Below are positions 39,978-54,672 of a DNA stretch of 64,000 bases, in pieces. This DNA comes from Octopus sinensis (Eukaryota). Position 1 is the stretch's first letter, and the number at the start of each line of letters is the position of its first letter. The stretch covers positions 85,746,001 through 85,810,000 of the forward strand of contig NC_043002.1 of NCBI RefSeq assembly GCF_006345805.1, read 5' to 3'. The translations under genes were made by a program, and so were the position numbers. Under the pieces are notes generated by a model that did not search any database, was not told the origin of the DNA, and was given only the letters and a program-made list of their open reading frames with translations.

Positions 39978-42900
39978 CAATATCAAATACACATACACAA
40001 GGTATGTGATTTGCCAGTTCATGGGCTGGCTGCTATTATTGGCATAAGAGAATATACTTTCATCAGCTCACCTGATATTAAAATACCTGGAAGTCATAGA
40101 TTAGTGAGATAACTTGCATCAGCAAACCCCACCACCTCCGTTACAGGTGTGACAGACATTAATGTTTTGTCATTTTTGTGACTTGTCTATGATACTGACA
40201 AGTCACAAAATGACAAAACATTAATGTCTATCATTCCTGCAACAGGACCTCATGCAAGTTATCTCACTTGACTATGTCTTCCAGGTGCTTTAATACCTAT
40301 TTCTTTACTACCCACAAGGGGCTACACACAGAGGGGACAAACAAGGACAGACAAACGGATTAAGTCGATTATATCAACCCCAGTGCATAACTGGTACTTA
40401 TTTAATCGACCCTGAAAGGGATGAAAGACAAAGTCGACCTCGGTGGAATTTGAACTCAGCGCGTAATGGCAGACGAAATACTGCAAAGCATTTCACCTGG
40501 CATGCTAACGATTCTGCCAGCTCGCCGCCCATGTGCTTTAATACCAAGCGAGTTGATGAGAGTGTATTCCCTTAGGCCAATAATAGCAGCCTACCCATGA
40601 ACTAGCAAATCTCATACCTTGTGTATGTGTGTTTGATAATTGATTATCTTTAATGCTGGAACTTGAAGTAAAAGTTATGAAATGATAATGTTTATATTGA
40701 GTTAAATAGCCCTTGGATGGAAAAAAGTCAATGCCTGTCCATGGGACTTGAGCCCAAATCTTCTGTAAACACAAAAAGTTTCTAAATTCTTATAATATAT
40801 ATATATATGGGATTGGGTGGGGGTAAGGGACAGTGTCCATGGTCTTTGCTGACCCTCCTTGACCAGTGGGATTGATGCCATTAATGTTCTTATTGAATCT
40901 TTGTAAATCAATGGTTCAACAAGGGAAGTAGGGGATATGAGCAGGAATGGAATTCCAAAGAGCCAACATTCTGGAAAATAAAGGCTGGACATAGTAGTTA
41001 GTGCAGGATCTGGAGGTGTTGGACATAACAACAGTAATGATGAGAGGAGGAGATAGAAGTGGGACAGGCATACTTGAGTTCTGCCAGCTTCAAAGAGCAG
41101 AGGCCATTGTAGTATTAGTAGAAAAGACTGAGAGAAAAGACAGCAGATCTGTAAGCCAGAGGCTGGGGCATATTTGTGAATGACCTTATGCCAACCATTT
41201 GGGTGGCCCTTTTCTGGATGCAATCCAGGATATCAACAAAAGAAACTATATGAATCACTAGACAAATATATTTTTAATTACATCATGCTACCCAGCTAGA
41301 CATAAAATGTGGTTGTGAACTACCAAAACTTTGGTATGCATGGGTCACTAATTGTTTACTGGAATTACATTGTATGTCACTGTTAGAAGACATTTTATTG
41401 AAGAAACATCAAATTAGAAGAACCTTTAAAAACAATAAGGTATTTATTAATTGAGGTTGATTCGCTATTTTGGTTTTTATGACATATTCTCTTATCAGAA
41501 ATGATTTCAAACTTTGTATTGTAACATATACAGTTATATGTGTCAACTTGGGAGGCCCTTAATCAATGGTCTATTGAACTTGTTGGATAAATTCAGGTGT
41601 TCTGATGATTTCAGAGCATTTAGAATGCTTTTACACTTTGATACTGGTGATACGATTCCATTTTCAGTCTCTAGCTCATTACAAACTTTGTATACAGAAA
41701 GATCTGGCAACTTTTAAAAGCCGAGATATTTCTAAATCGCTATTCTCAGCCTTTATAACCATAATAACAGCATGCCTCTTCATTTCTTGAGTAAGATGAG
41801 GGTCTGCCATTATTATCTTCTGATACAAAAGTTATACAGAGTTAGTAAAAAATGCAGCAATGACCCAAAAAAGGTATGTCCTCAAATACCTTATGCACCC
41901 TGTATTATTGTGGTGTTATTTTTACTACCAGATGCCTTTTTTGAAATTAATCCTTACCCTTTTTTCAAATAAGGGATCTCTCGTTTCACACACTTTCAAA
42001 AGCACAAAGTATGTGAATGATTCGGTTACTGAGGAATGACAACTTTGATCATACATAAATGTAAGCAAACAAGTAATACATGTGCGTGCACGTACACACA
42101 CACACAGATATTTATGATTACGTATTTAGAATATCTTAAATTGTAGGCCGCCATGTTGGTACCAACTTCAGAATGCTGTCACACAAACAAAATATCCTAA
42201 ACAGGTCATTAGAAAAAGGTCTCGTTTTTAATTTTCTTTAATACAACCTGATTAGTTTACATTTATTCATTGGGGCCTTCAAATGTAAAACAGTTCACTG
42301 CTCCTAAGATACATTTTCCTTGCCCCAGAAAATTTGTTCATGGCATTATCAGTTAAGACAAACTATATTGTAATGTGAAGTAGTGTTCATATTTTTGTAT
42401 TTTTACCTTCAGTAACTATCAATATTAATTAAAATAAAGATAGCGAGCTGGCAGAATTGTAAATGTGCCAGGCAAAATGCTTAGCAGCATTTCATCCATC
42501 TTTATGTTCTAAGTTCAAATTCTACTGAGGTCGTCTTCGCCTTTTATCCCTTCAGGGTCAATAAAATAAGTACTAGTTGAACACTGGGGTTGATGTAATC
42601 AACTTGCCTCCGACCTCAAAATTGCTGGCTTTGTGCCAAAATTTGAAACCAATCCTTAAATCCTTAAAAAAGTTTCAGCTTGAAAGCTGTGGCCATGCCG
42701 GGGCACGACCATTGTTAACCAATGTCAACTAAAATATGTATGAATGTTATTCTTATCAATAAATTAATAGCAAAGTACCATGAACCATACTGGGGTAGAG
42801 AAGTATGTCTTTAATAAATTAATCCATGCAAGCAATTGTATGTTTAATTACCAAATTATTCACCTGGGTTCACTATCATCATCAAGGTTTAATGTCTGTT

Positions 42901-43620
42901 TTCTATGCTGGCATGGGTTGGATGGCTTGACAGGAACTGGTAAGGCCAGGGGCCTCATCATGTTCATAGTGTTTCTTGGCTTGGTTTTTATGGCAGGATG
43001 CCTGCCCTTCCTAATGCCAGCTTCTCCACAGAGTGTACTGGGTGCTTTTTATGTGGAACCAGTACCAGTGCTTTTTACATGGTACCAGCACTTTCACCAA
43101 TGCTTTTTTCATCATTTAGTATCCTTTATCCATGCTAGCAAGGGCTGCATAGTTTGGCAGGAGCTAGTAAGCCAGGGGCTTATGTCAAGCTCTATTGTCT
43201 GATTTAGCATGGTTCCTACAGCTGGATGCCCTTCCTAATGCCAGTCAATTTACAGAGTGTACTGGGTGCTTTTTTCATGGCATCACTACCACCATGATCA
43301 CCAAGTAACTTGCAAGACAAACACTCCATAACTGAAGGGTTCCAGAAGTGAAATTGAAAACTAGAACAAAAATCAGAATAAATTATTACTTTTTAGTCAA
43401 AATACTTGATAATACATATATATGCACAAATACATGTGATACGCACACTTAAACAAATATAGCCAAAGAAAAACGTCTTTGATAAGCTTACCTCCCAACC
43501 ACATGGTTCCAGGTTCAGTCCCACAGTGTGACACCTTGGGCAAGTGTCTTCTACTATAGCCTTGGACTAATCAAAGCCTTGTGAATGGATTTGGTAGACG
43601 GAAACTGAAAGAAACTTGCC

Positions 43621-43662
<42 letters not shown>

Positions 43663-46600
43663 TTATGTTTGTGTCAGTGTTTGTCCCCCAACCACCATTT
43701 GACAACCGATGTTGGTGTGTTTACATCTCAGTAATGTAGCAGTTCAGCAAAAGAGACTGATAGAATAAGTACTAGGCTTACAAAGAATAAGTCCTGGGTT
43801 CGATTTGTTCGACTAAATGCAGTGCTCCAGCATGGTCTCAGTCAAATGACTGAACCCAATAAAAGAATATCTCAAATAAGCATAGAACAGTTGGGATTTC
43901 AGTGTTGAGAAGTAAACATTGGTTGCACAAGAAGTTCAGTAAGATTCCTGTCATTTGACTGTAATTCTAATACTAAGATTGTGAACCGCATTAGCAAATT
44001 AGATGTTAAATGTAATTCTCACAGAAAAAAAAAATGCTACAATGTGTGACTAACAGAAGTTAAAGTCTATCATAGATAAGACACTTGTGAAAATAAAAAG
44101 AATGCAGCAGCCAGTGTCACCAGAATTTCATAAAGCATTAGTATTGTAACTGATTCCAAGATTTTTTTCCCCCATATAAATAGCAGAAACAGAATGTGGT
44201 TGTGATACACACACAAACACACAAACACACAAACACACACACACGTGTGTGTGTCTGTACAATGAGAATCATTTGTTGCAAACGGCAAACAATATATTCG
44301 CTTAAGAACTCTTTGGACATTGCTGAATGAGACAGCAGACTGTATCAAAAATGGAGGAATGGGTGTTAAAAGAAGGGAGAAGAGGTGAGGACACCAACAG
44401 CAGCAACAGCCATCCAAGAATTTGGACCTGGAGATCTCCATTTCCAGCGATTTCGAGGGCCACCTCCCAGTGGTGTCAGGCGTCAATGAAGAGTCCTCGA
44501 CTACAACAAAGTTTCTTTTTTTTTCCAAGGTCTGGGGTCTCCCACCCCTAAGCCCTAGACCATCACCTAATCACCCTTACCTGTTTTGTTGCTTAACAAC
44601 AACAACAGCAGCAACAGTTGTAGCCAACATTGTTAGATGTAGAGGAAGTTGATGATCAATATAAATATAATGCCATTCAAAGTAGCTTTATATATTATTG
44701 TACATTTAGCATTTTTAAACATAACTATTAGTAAATACCACATAAATGAATAAGAAAAACACATTTCTATATTTAAATTGTCTGTAGATATAGATATATA
44801 TGAACAGTAGAAGATAATGAGAAATGAGAAAAATAAAAAATGTATGTTCTAGGTAGGACTAAGTATTTATTTTGTTTTTGGTAAATATACAAAAATAGTC
44901 TTTAACCAATCCTAGTTTAATTGTCAATTAATTTAATTGACAATTTAATTTTTTTTAGAAATTGTTTATTATGTTTCCATTTTCAGTTCTTAATATTCTT
45001 CTTGTCTTTTTTTAAGCTTTTAAATCTATGTCTAGTTTAAATATCTACATAGTCTTAAAATTTTAATCTTTCCAGCATAATTCCAGAGTCTCTGCGGTGG
45101 CTTTTGCTACGAGGACGGTTCCCAGAAGCAGAACTTGTTGCTAAACGAATGTCTATAGCAAACAGTTTAGAATTTCCGAAGGAACTATTCGATCGTGTAA
45201 AAGAAGAGATGTCAGCAGACGATCCTGCCCAAATGACACGGCAGTATGGCTTTACGGACATCTTCTCCAAGCCAAACATTAGAAAAATTAGCATTATTAT
45301 GTTCTTGCTTTGGTAAGTATGTCCTCTTATTCACTGTCTTCCATTCTTTTGCTTTTACTTGTTTCAGTCATTTGACTGCGACCATGCTGGGGTAATTTAG
45401 CCAAACAAATCATCCACTTTACTTATTGTTTAAAGTCTGGTGTCTGGTACTTACTCTGTCAGCCTCTTTTGCTGAACCACTAAGTTATGGGAACATAAAC
45501 AAACCAACACCAACTGTCAAGTGATGATGAGCGGGGGACAAGCAAAAAAACATGTACACTCACATGCACACACATACACTCCTGCCACATATATATATTA
45601 CAAGCTTCTATACAGTTTCCATCTACCAAATTCATTCATAAGGCATTGGTCAGTCTGGAGCTATAGTAGGAGACACTTACTCAAAGTGCCATGCAGTGGA
45701 ACTGAACCTGAAACCATATGGTTGCAAAGTGAGCTTCTCAATCACCCAGCCCAGCCATGCCTATGTTGAAATATTTAAATGGCCTTAGAATCCTAGAAAC
45801 TTGGGTGCTGGTACTTTATGACTATACCCGAAATGAAGGCACAGTCCATCATGTAATTTTGAACAAATAGAGTGAAAGTGGAAAGGATAGAATGACAATA
45901 ATGGTTTTAAGAGAAATTAAATCCCAGATTAGGTAATTTAAAATCCATTTACTTGATTGTGTAATCTACACCAACTAGAGGCAGGTGTGACAATTAAGGA
46001 GGGATTGTGATATTAAAGATGACAGGAAAATTGTTATTGTCACTGTTAAATTCTACAAATGCTAAAAACATATAAGATCAATGAAGGACCCTCTATGTGG
46101 TCGTTCAACACCACAGAAATAGTACCCAAATCTACTTCAAACTTCATCCTGTTGTCTTTAACCCTTCAGCACTCAGATTATTTTGTCAAATGTAATGCTT
46201 ATTTATTCATATTGTTTTGAATTAATCATGTATTATCTTGTATTGTAGCTTTGAAATTTTGGTGATTGATTGTTTATTTTTAAAATGACATTGTAGGATA
46301 GGTGTGTGAGGCCAGATCTGGCCACTTTAAACAAAAAAAAACAAATAGAATATTTGGGCTGAATACAGCCAGTATAAATGTTAAAGGGTTAAAGAAAAAA
46401 ACATTGGATATTGTAGTAGGAAGATAGCTGGTCATGACTGGAATGCCTTTGATCATAGATCTGTTCAATCAAAGCTGACCTGGGCTAAACAAGATATAAA
46501 TTATAAATTAAGCAGTTTGATAAATAGAGATTGATAAAATTATCTACCAGCCTGAAATCAATACTGGACTTCATATGATTGACTAAAAGCTCTTATAACT

Positions 46601-49600
46601 GGTATCACAGCAGGGACACAGTCTAATGACTAAAACCAGTGAAAGAATAAAAAGCACAAGTTGATATGCCAATAGATAAAATTACTATTTTGACAGGTAA
46701 AAGTGAGTATAATTGAAATTCAAGTGTGAATACTTCCGTTAAAAAACAAAAGAGAGAAACATTTTCTATTATGATTAAGAATAAAAGCAAGAGCAAAGTT
46801 ACAGAATAAAATTAAGTAAAAGCTTTCTTGTTTTCCATAGAGAAGAAGAAATAAAGCTAAATAAGCAAAGCACAATTGTTACTTTTCAAAGACATGCTGA
46901 GAATCACTTACTTCCATCTATTGCTGCCTGAAAATATAAATGGAATTGCAGTGATGATTTCTGCACTAATATCTCTTTTTGTGTATGTCATGCATCATTG
47001 TTGTGATCATGATCATCACCATCACCACCACCACCACCACCATCACCTTCTTCCTCATAGTCATCATCTTCATTAGTTTAACATTCACTTATCAATGTTT
47101 GCATGGATTGGACAAAATTTGTTGGTGTAGTTCAGAGGTTCTCGACCATTTCTTATCGGAATTTCTGGAACCACTGTTGACACTGGTTTACTCTTATTGT
47201 CTGATCCTCATAAACTGCATTAATATTCCTCGCACTTTCCATTGCATTGTTGCTTTTATTGAACTCATAAAGTAAAATATGCTGAATATGCTCCTTTGTC
47301 ACTTCCATAATAGCTTTGTAAAAATAACTGTTAAAATCGAACTGTAATCTTCAAAACTTGCACTAACAAAAAGAACAAGGTAAAATTACTACCTGCTATT
47401 ATATCAAGTTGATGCAGGTAGTTTATCCCATCCCTCTCTGACTTTTAGTGCATGCAACTGAAAAAAATCAGGTTATTTATGCAATGACCCAATATATAGA
47501 TAGATACATACATACATCTTTTACTTGTTTCTTGTTTTGTTGGGATTTGAACCTATACGTCCAGCGAGATTGGTACCTAAAACCAGTGCCTCAAACCACT
47601 TAGTCAAGATACCAAGCTACACACACATGCACACACACACACACACACTCATATAAAATCTGTGGATGCAACAAATCTTCTGCCAGACCAAGGGTGACAT
47701 GGTTGTAAAACAATGAGGTTGACAGGCCCATAAAAGAGAAGAGACAGGTTTGGTAAGAGTGGAAAAGTGGGAGTAGCAAAGAGCCATATCAGGTAGCTAA
47801 AAGGGAAGCTAGGCAACATGTTTCTCTAGCAAAAGGAGAAGCAGAAAGGAAGATCAGAGATTTGAGATGTTTCCAGATTGCTAGACAGACGGTGTATCGA
47901 AGAGAATCAAGATATTGTGGGAGAGATGTTTGTACTGAAGGATAATGGTATGCTTGCACTTAGTGATTCTGAAATGGAAGAGGTGTGGAAGTGCTACTAT
48001 AAAAGGCTGTTAAATGCGAAGAATAAATGAGAGAAAGGGAATTTCCCCAATGTGAACTCAACAGAGCTCCTGGTTCCACAGGAGTTACTGCTGAGATGCT
48101 TAAAATATCTGGTGGGCTACGATAAAGTCTGGTCACCCATATAGTTAATCAGGTTATTCAGGAAGGTGTCATCCCCATTGACTAATGTAACAACATTATA
48201 GTCAGCTGCTACAAGGATAAGGGAGATGCTTTAGATAGAGGTAGATACAGAGGCGTCAGATGCTGGACCAGATGATGAAAGTTATGGAGGGAGTTGTGGC
48301 CCAATTAGATTACATGAAATGCAGTTTGGCTTTGTACCAGGAAGAAGCACTACTGACACTATTTTCATAGTCAGGCACAAAAAAAGTATTTAGCTAAGAA
48401 TAAGCCATTGTACATGACATTTGTTGATCTGGAGAAAGCCTTCAACAGAGTACCTTGCTCTGTGATATGGTTATCTCTAAGGAAGCTAGGGATCAACAAA
48501 TGGCTTGTGGACTTCTACATACTTTTAAACTTTCAAATTTACTTTATACGTCATATTTATATTTTTAATATTCATTTATTTATATACATTTTTAATACAT
48601 AAAGTCTTTCATATGGGTATATCTTTGTGAAAAATTCGATATTGATTTCCTTATATTAATAATAACAATATATTATTAAAAATATATGTATATATCGCTC
48701 ATATTAAATATATAAATACTTAAATAGTATTAATATTATTTTATACAATGGAGCACTTAATATAAATTCAGTATATAATATTCTTATTGAATATATTTAC
48801 CTAATGATTTATGTACTTTTTCTCTACATTTCTACTCAAAAAGTGTATTTGTCAACCTGAGACTATAATAGAAGATACTTGTTCAAGGAGTCATTGAATA
48901 GGATTGAACTCAGATTTACATGATTACGAGTCTTAACCACATTCAAAATATGCTTATTAATTTTTGTTACCTGTTTAAAATGTATATCATCATCATCATC
49001 ATCGTTTAACATCCGTTTTCCATGCGAGCACGGGTTGGACGATTTGACCAGGGTCTGGGAAGCCAGGAGGCTGCACCAGGCTCCAGTCTGATCTGGCAGT
49101 GTTTCTACAGCTGGATGCCCTTCCTAATGCCAACCACTCCATGAGTGTAGTGGGTGCTTTTTACATGCCACCGGCACAGGTGTTGGGGGAGGCTGGCAGC
49201 AGCCACGATTGGTTGGTGCTTTTTACATGCCACCTGCACAGAAGCCAGTCAAGGTGGCACTGGCATTGGCCACATCCGGATGGTGCTTTTTACGTGCCAC
49301 CGGCACAGGTATCACAACTACAATTTCCATTTGATATTTATTTTGATGTTGATGTACTTGACTCAATAGGTCTCCTCAAGCACAGCAGGTCATGTGCCAC
49401 CGGCACAGAAGCCAGTCAAAGTAGCGCTGGCATCAGCCACGTTTGGATTGTGCTTTTTACGTGCCATGTATACCAAAAAGATTGTTGTGTCCAGTAAAAA
49501 AAAATATAGGGAGTTGTTTCAATTCATGTGCATCCTAATTCTAAAGTAGGTACACTGTATACCAATATGTTATAAGGAGTGGCTAAAAGAGCTGGTATTA

Positions 49601-52600
49601 GAAATGGCATCTGGTAATATAGCCCAGTCCCAGAAAGGCATGTCCAGCATGGAAAAGTGGATGTAAAGTAATGGTGTGTGTGTGTGTGTGTGTGTGTGTT
49701 GAGCTCTCTAAATTTTGCATAAAAACACACTTTTATCTTGTGAAATATCACACACACAGAGTGATTTCAAAAGTCCCTTTAACAGTAATATAAACCAACT
49801 AACAACTAAGGTCAGCTGAACTTAATGTGCACCTTATCTCTCCCCACCCCTGTCTCTTTCTCTACTCCACACTTCCCATTGCACCCCAAACCTACCTCCA
49901 ACACCAGTCATCCTGTTGATTACTATGCCTCATGGGTTCCAAGACAGCTAGTCTGGTGTCTTGCTACTTATACTGGCAGTAATCTAGACCACCCCAGGCA
50001 GTTGACCTAAGCATGCCTGAATAGTTGAACAGGATTACCATTATATTCCACCAATTTTCAGAACAATGAATATTTTCTCATCTGGTAATAATGATAATTT
50101 TCTTATGTAAATAAAACCAAATCTGTGTGTGTGTGTGTGTGTGTGCATGTGTGTCAGTGCGTGCATGCATGTTTATCATCCTCATCATTTAATGTCAGCA
50201 TGAGTTAGACAGTCTGACTGGAGCTAGTAAGCTGGAGAGCTGCACTAGGCTCCAGTCCCTTGTTTTTGATTGGTTTCTATGGCTGGATACCCTTCCTAAT
50301 GCCAGCCACTTTACAGAGTGTACTGGGTGACTTTTATGTGCCACTGACACAGGCACCCTTTTACATGTCAGTGATATGGGTGCCTATAACCTGATTGATA
50401 TTCACATCAAAGAAGCCAAGATAGTATTCAGAATATATAAAAATATAAATTGGGACAAAATATAAAATAAAAACTTCATACATCGCTTAAATGCTAAAGG
50501 AATTTTTGAATCATGCTGTATATGACAACATATCTCCAAATGAGATTGATCTTATTCCCTTTCTTTTCACTTTCTAGGTTTACTGCAGCCCTTGGTTACT
50601 ATGGTATTTCACTAAAGATATCAAACTTGGTTGGAAACAAATACCTCAATTTATTTGTTGGTGGACTGTTGGAATTTATTGTTTACTTGGTTTTGTTTTG
50701 CATGATTGCGCGGTAAGTTCATTGATAACTGCTTTTATTCATTTTATTATGAATTATTTAGTGTATGTCTGTGTGTGGTGGGGTAGAACTGTATATATAT
50801 ATATATATATGTAAAAAAATACAAACTGGGACAAGAATGCAAATCATTTAGAAGACGATACAAAAAACACAGATGGGACATTCGAGGCCTTCAATCTTCA
50901 GTCAAGAACTGGATCATCCTCGCAATTTCGGCTGATTAATCTTGAGATTGCTCCAATCTGGCCAGCCCCAAGGAAAATCTAAGCCAAGCACATTAGATTC
51001 CTTGGAAGATGGAAAAACAAAGATGGAAAAACAGACGATGTTACACGAATATGAATACAAAAATACGTAAAAACAATAATAATAATACGTAAAGACAATA
51101 ATGATAATAATAATAACAAAAACAGGACATCACAAACAGGCATCTTTCAACAGGATGAGTAAACTTTGAGCTGGCGTGTTAGAAAAATGCCTTAAGGCTA
51201 TATGTGGTTAGCTGGGAGCTAACATACTTAGTATCATTGGCCCAAAGCTTATCCTGTTTCCTGTGGCATATAAGTGATCTAGAGTGCAATACTCCTCCTG
51301 AATGAGACATCAGTCCATTGTAGCATTAACTCCTAGCTTTTTGTGGATACTTGTTTTCAGGCAAGTAGACTGCAGTAATATGAAATGAAGATTTTTGTTC
51401 AACAATATAACCTGTTGCCTTGTCTGAAAATCGAAACCACAAATTTATGACCATAAGTTCAATATCCTAACCTGTTGGCCTTGTGTCTTCACTTCTTAAT
51501 GTAATTAATGAAAAATAATGCTTAACCAAGAAGTAATGTTTATCGCCACATCAATGTGACTGTTTGACGTTACTACAGTTTTTAACCCCAGGAAGAGCCT
51601 CCTCCAGCTGGTTATCGGTGCTATCTGATCCTGGTACATATTGCAAGCAGAGGAGCAAACCTCTTCAATCTTCAAGCAGGTGATGGGATCACCAGTTTTG
51701 GCTGTTTGTGACAATTACTACTTGCATTTATATCAAGCCCATTATCAGTGGTGAGCACTCAGCTGCTAGAAATAGCAGGAATTCACTCCAGGTTGCAATA
51801 TATAGAAAACCAAGTGACAAGCAAAGTAGCTAGAAATTTTCTAACTAGCTACTTTGCTTAATGCTTAATCATTTGAAATTATACTCCAAAGGATAAGAAA
51901 AATTATTACTATTTTAGTATCAACATTTTTTGTTAAGGAAAGTAAGGTAGAGAATGTCCAAAATTTAAACTGATTACAGCTTCAATGGAAGCATGCAATG
52001 GGGATTGCATCTGATCCTTTTAAAGTAAAATGACAGCTCCAAACAGATTATGGTCTTAGCAATATGAAATCAAACAAAGATGCTGAGTTGGCAGAATCTT
52101 TACCAGAGTGGGCAAAATGCTTAACAGCATTTCATCTGCCTTTACATTCTGAGTTCAAATTCTGCCAAGGACAACTTACCTCTGATGTTTGTTTTTTTTT
52201 TGGTGGGGGACAATAAAACAAGTATCAGTTGGACATTGGGGTTGTTGTAATCAACTTCCTCCCACCCACAAAATTGTTGGCTTTGTGCCAAAATTTGAAA
52301 TTAGTATATAGTCTAACATGTACTTACTAGACCTTTAAGAGAATATATATATATAGAAAAAGATTTTATGTGAAAATCATTTAATGTATGTGATTCCATC
52401 AAATGGTGTTTGAATAACATTTAAGTTAAATGATGGTTTCATACTTAATGCTTTGACCCAATTATGTTTGTAATTAATTAAAAATTTAACATTTAGGGAT
52501 GATAAATTTTGGTCAGGAAAGGCAAGAAATTTGCCAAGAGCACCATCTGAGCGTGATCGTTGCCAGAGCAGTCAACTGGCTTCCGTACCAGTGGCACCAT

Positions 52601-54329
52601 TCGAGCGCAATTGTTACCAACGTCGCTTCACTGGCACGTGTAAAAAAATTTGAGCGAGGTCATTGCCAGTACCGCCTGACTGGCCCCCGTGCCGGTGGCA
52701 CGTAAAAAGCACCCACTACACTCTCAGAGTGGTTGGTGTTAGGAAGGGCATCCAGCTGTAGAAATTCTGCCAGATCAAGATTGGAGCCTGGTGCAGCCAT
52801 CTGGCTCGCCAGTCCTCAGTCAAAATCGTCCAACCCATGCTAGCATGGAAAGCGGACGTTAAACGATGATGATTGTGTATAAGACACACATCAATTTCAC
52901 AGGGATATTTTGTTGGAAAAGAAATTTATTGCATTTCATCATGCACCTATTGAAAGAAGTGGTTTTGTAGAGAAGAAATATATAATTCTGTACACATAAA
53001 CACACTATTCTAACAATATACTGGAATACAATTTGAAACTATAAATAAACTATATTATGGGAGTATCATGTTTTAATTTTATCCTTTTTCAGTTCAGCTG
53101 TGAGGTTGTTTATATTCTATAATAATAATAATAATAATGAAATTATTGTATACAGTGCTCAGGTGCACCACAACTTGTCAAAAGTGCGTATAAAGTGTAT
53201 GAGTCAGATACAAGCTTGCGTGTGTATGGCGGGGAGAAAATCAGGTGTAGTGTTGGCGAATCTCAGGAAACATGGAAGTTTTAAAGGATGCAGTGCTCCG
53301 ACAACACACAACTGATGCCAGTAGTTTGTTCCATACTTCAGCAACTCTTCTGACCAAGAATTTTGCCATACAGGATGTAAATTTCATTATTTCTGGTTGC
53401 AATGTTTTATTACTGTGATCAGTCTTCAAGACAGCTCACTGCCTCTATGGTTTTGTTATCTACTGATTGCAAATAGCTGACAGGCAGATAAAAGTTTATT
53501 AACATAACTTTCATCTTTCTAGGAGAATTTTTCATTTAGGTAATTAAAGGAATGCTTCTTAAAGGTAACAGATTTCTTAAATAATGTAAGACACATGCCA
53601 GGAGTGGACTATGTATTCTGAGAAAGGAGATATAATGTAGTGATGTGATTTCACCACATAACTGCTGATGTACCATAAGCAATTCTCTGCAAGATTGTGC
53701 TAACAACCTATTATATTTTGGCTTGTTTTCAATATTTTATTATTATTGTTGTTGTTGTTGTTAATACGGTAGTGAGCTGGCAGAATCATTAGCACACTGA
53801 ACAAACTGCTTAGCAGCATGTCATCAGTCATTACATTCTAAGTTCAAATACCACTGTGGTCAACTCTGCCTTTTATCTTTTCAGGGCCTATAAAATAAGT
53901 ACCAGCCAAGCATTGTGGTTAATGTAACTGACTACCCACTGCCCTCCAAATTTCAGGCCTTGTGCCTACAATAGAAAGGATTATTATTATCATTATTAAT
54001 AAGGCAGTGAGCTGGCAGAATTGTTAGCATACTGGGTGAAATGCTTAACAGCATTTCATCTGCCTTTACATTCTGAGTTCAAATTCCAGCATGGTCAACT
54101 TTGCTTTTCATGTTTTAAAGTGGCAAGCTGGCAGAATTGTTAGCATGCTGGACAAAATGTTTAGTGGCATTTCTTCCAGCTTTATATCCTGAGTTCAAAT
54201 TCTGCTGAGGTTGACTTCGTCTTTCATCCTCTCGGGGTTGATAAAATAAGTACCAGTTGAGCACTAGGGTCAATGAAATCCACTTGCCCCCTCCTTTGAA
54301 ATTGCTGGCCTTGTGCCAAAATTTGAAAC

Positions 54330-54374
<45 letters not shown>

Positions 54375-54582
54375 GGTAGTGAGCTGGTAGAATCATTAGC
54401 ATGCCAGACGAAATGCTACACAGTATTTTGTCTGTCTTCACGTTCTGAGTTCAAATGCTGTCAGGTTCGACTTTGCCTTTCATCCTTTTGGAGTTGATAA
54501 ATTAAGTACCAGTTACACACTGGGGTTGATGTAATTGACTCATCCCTTCCCCCAAAATTTCAGGCCTTGTGCCTATAGTAGA

Positions 54583-54672
<90 letters not shown>

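Noticed and set aside
42146-42160. YY1-like GCCGCCATGTTG motif
   Set aside because: A single short motif, also common in DNA transposons, with no supporting context.
44450-44505. HDV-like ribozyme in the ~215-bp repeat
   Set aside because: P2- and P3-like pairings exist, but P1 would be only about 4 bp and the candidate catalytic C is mis-spaced from P2.
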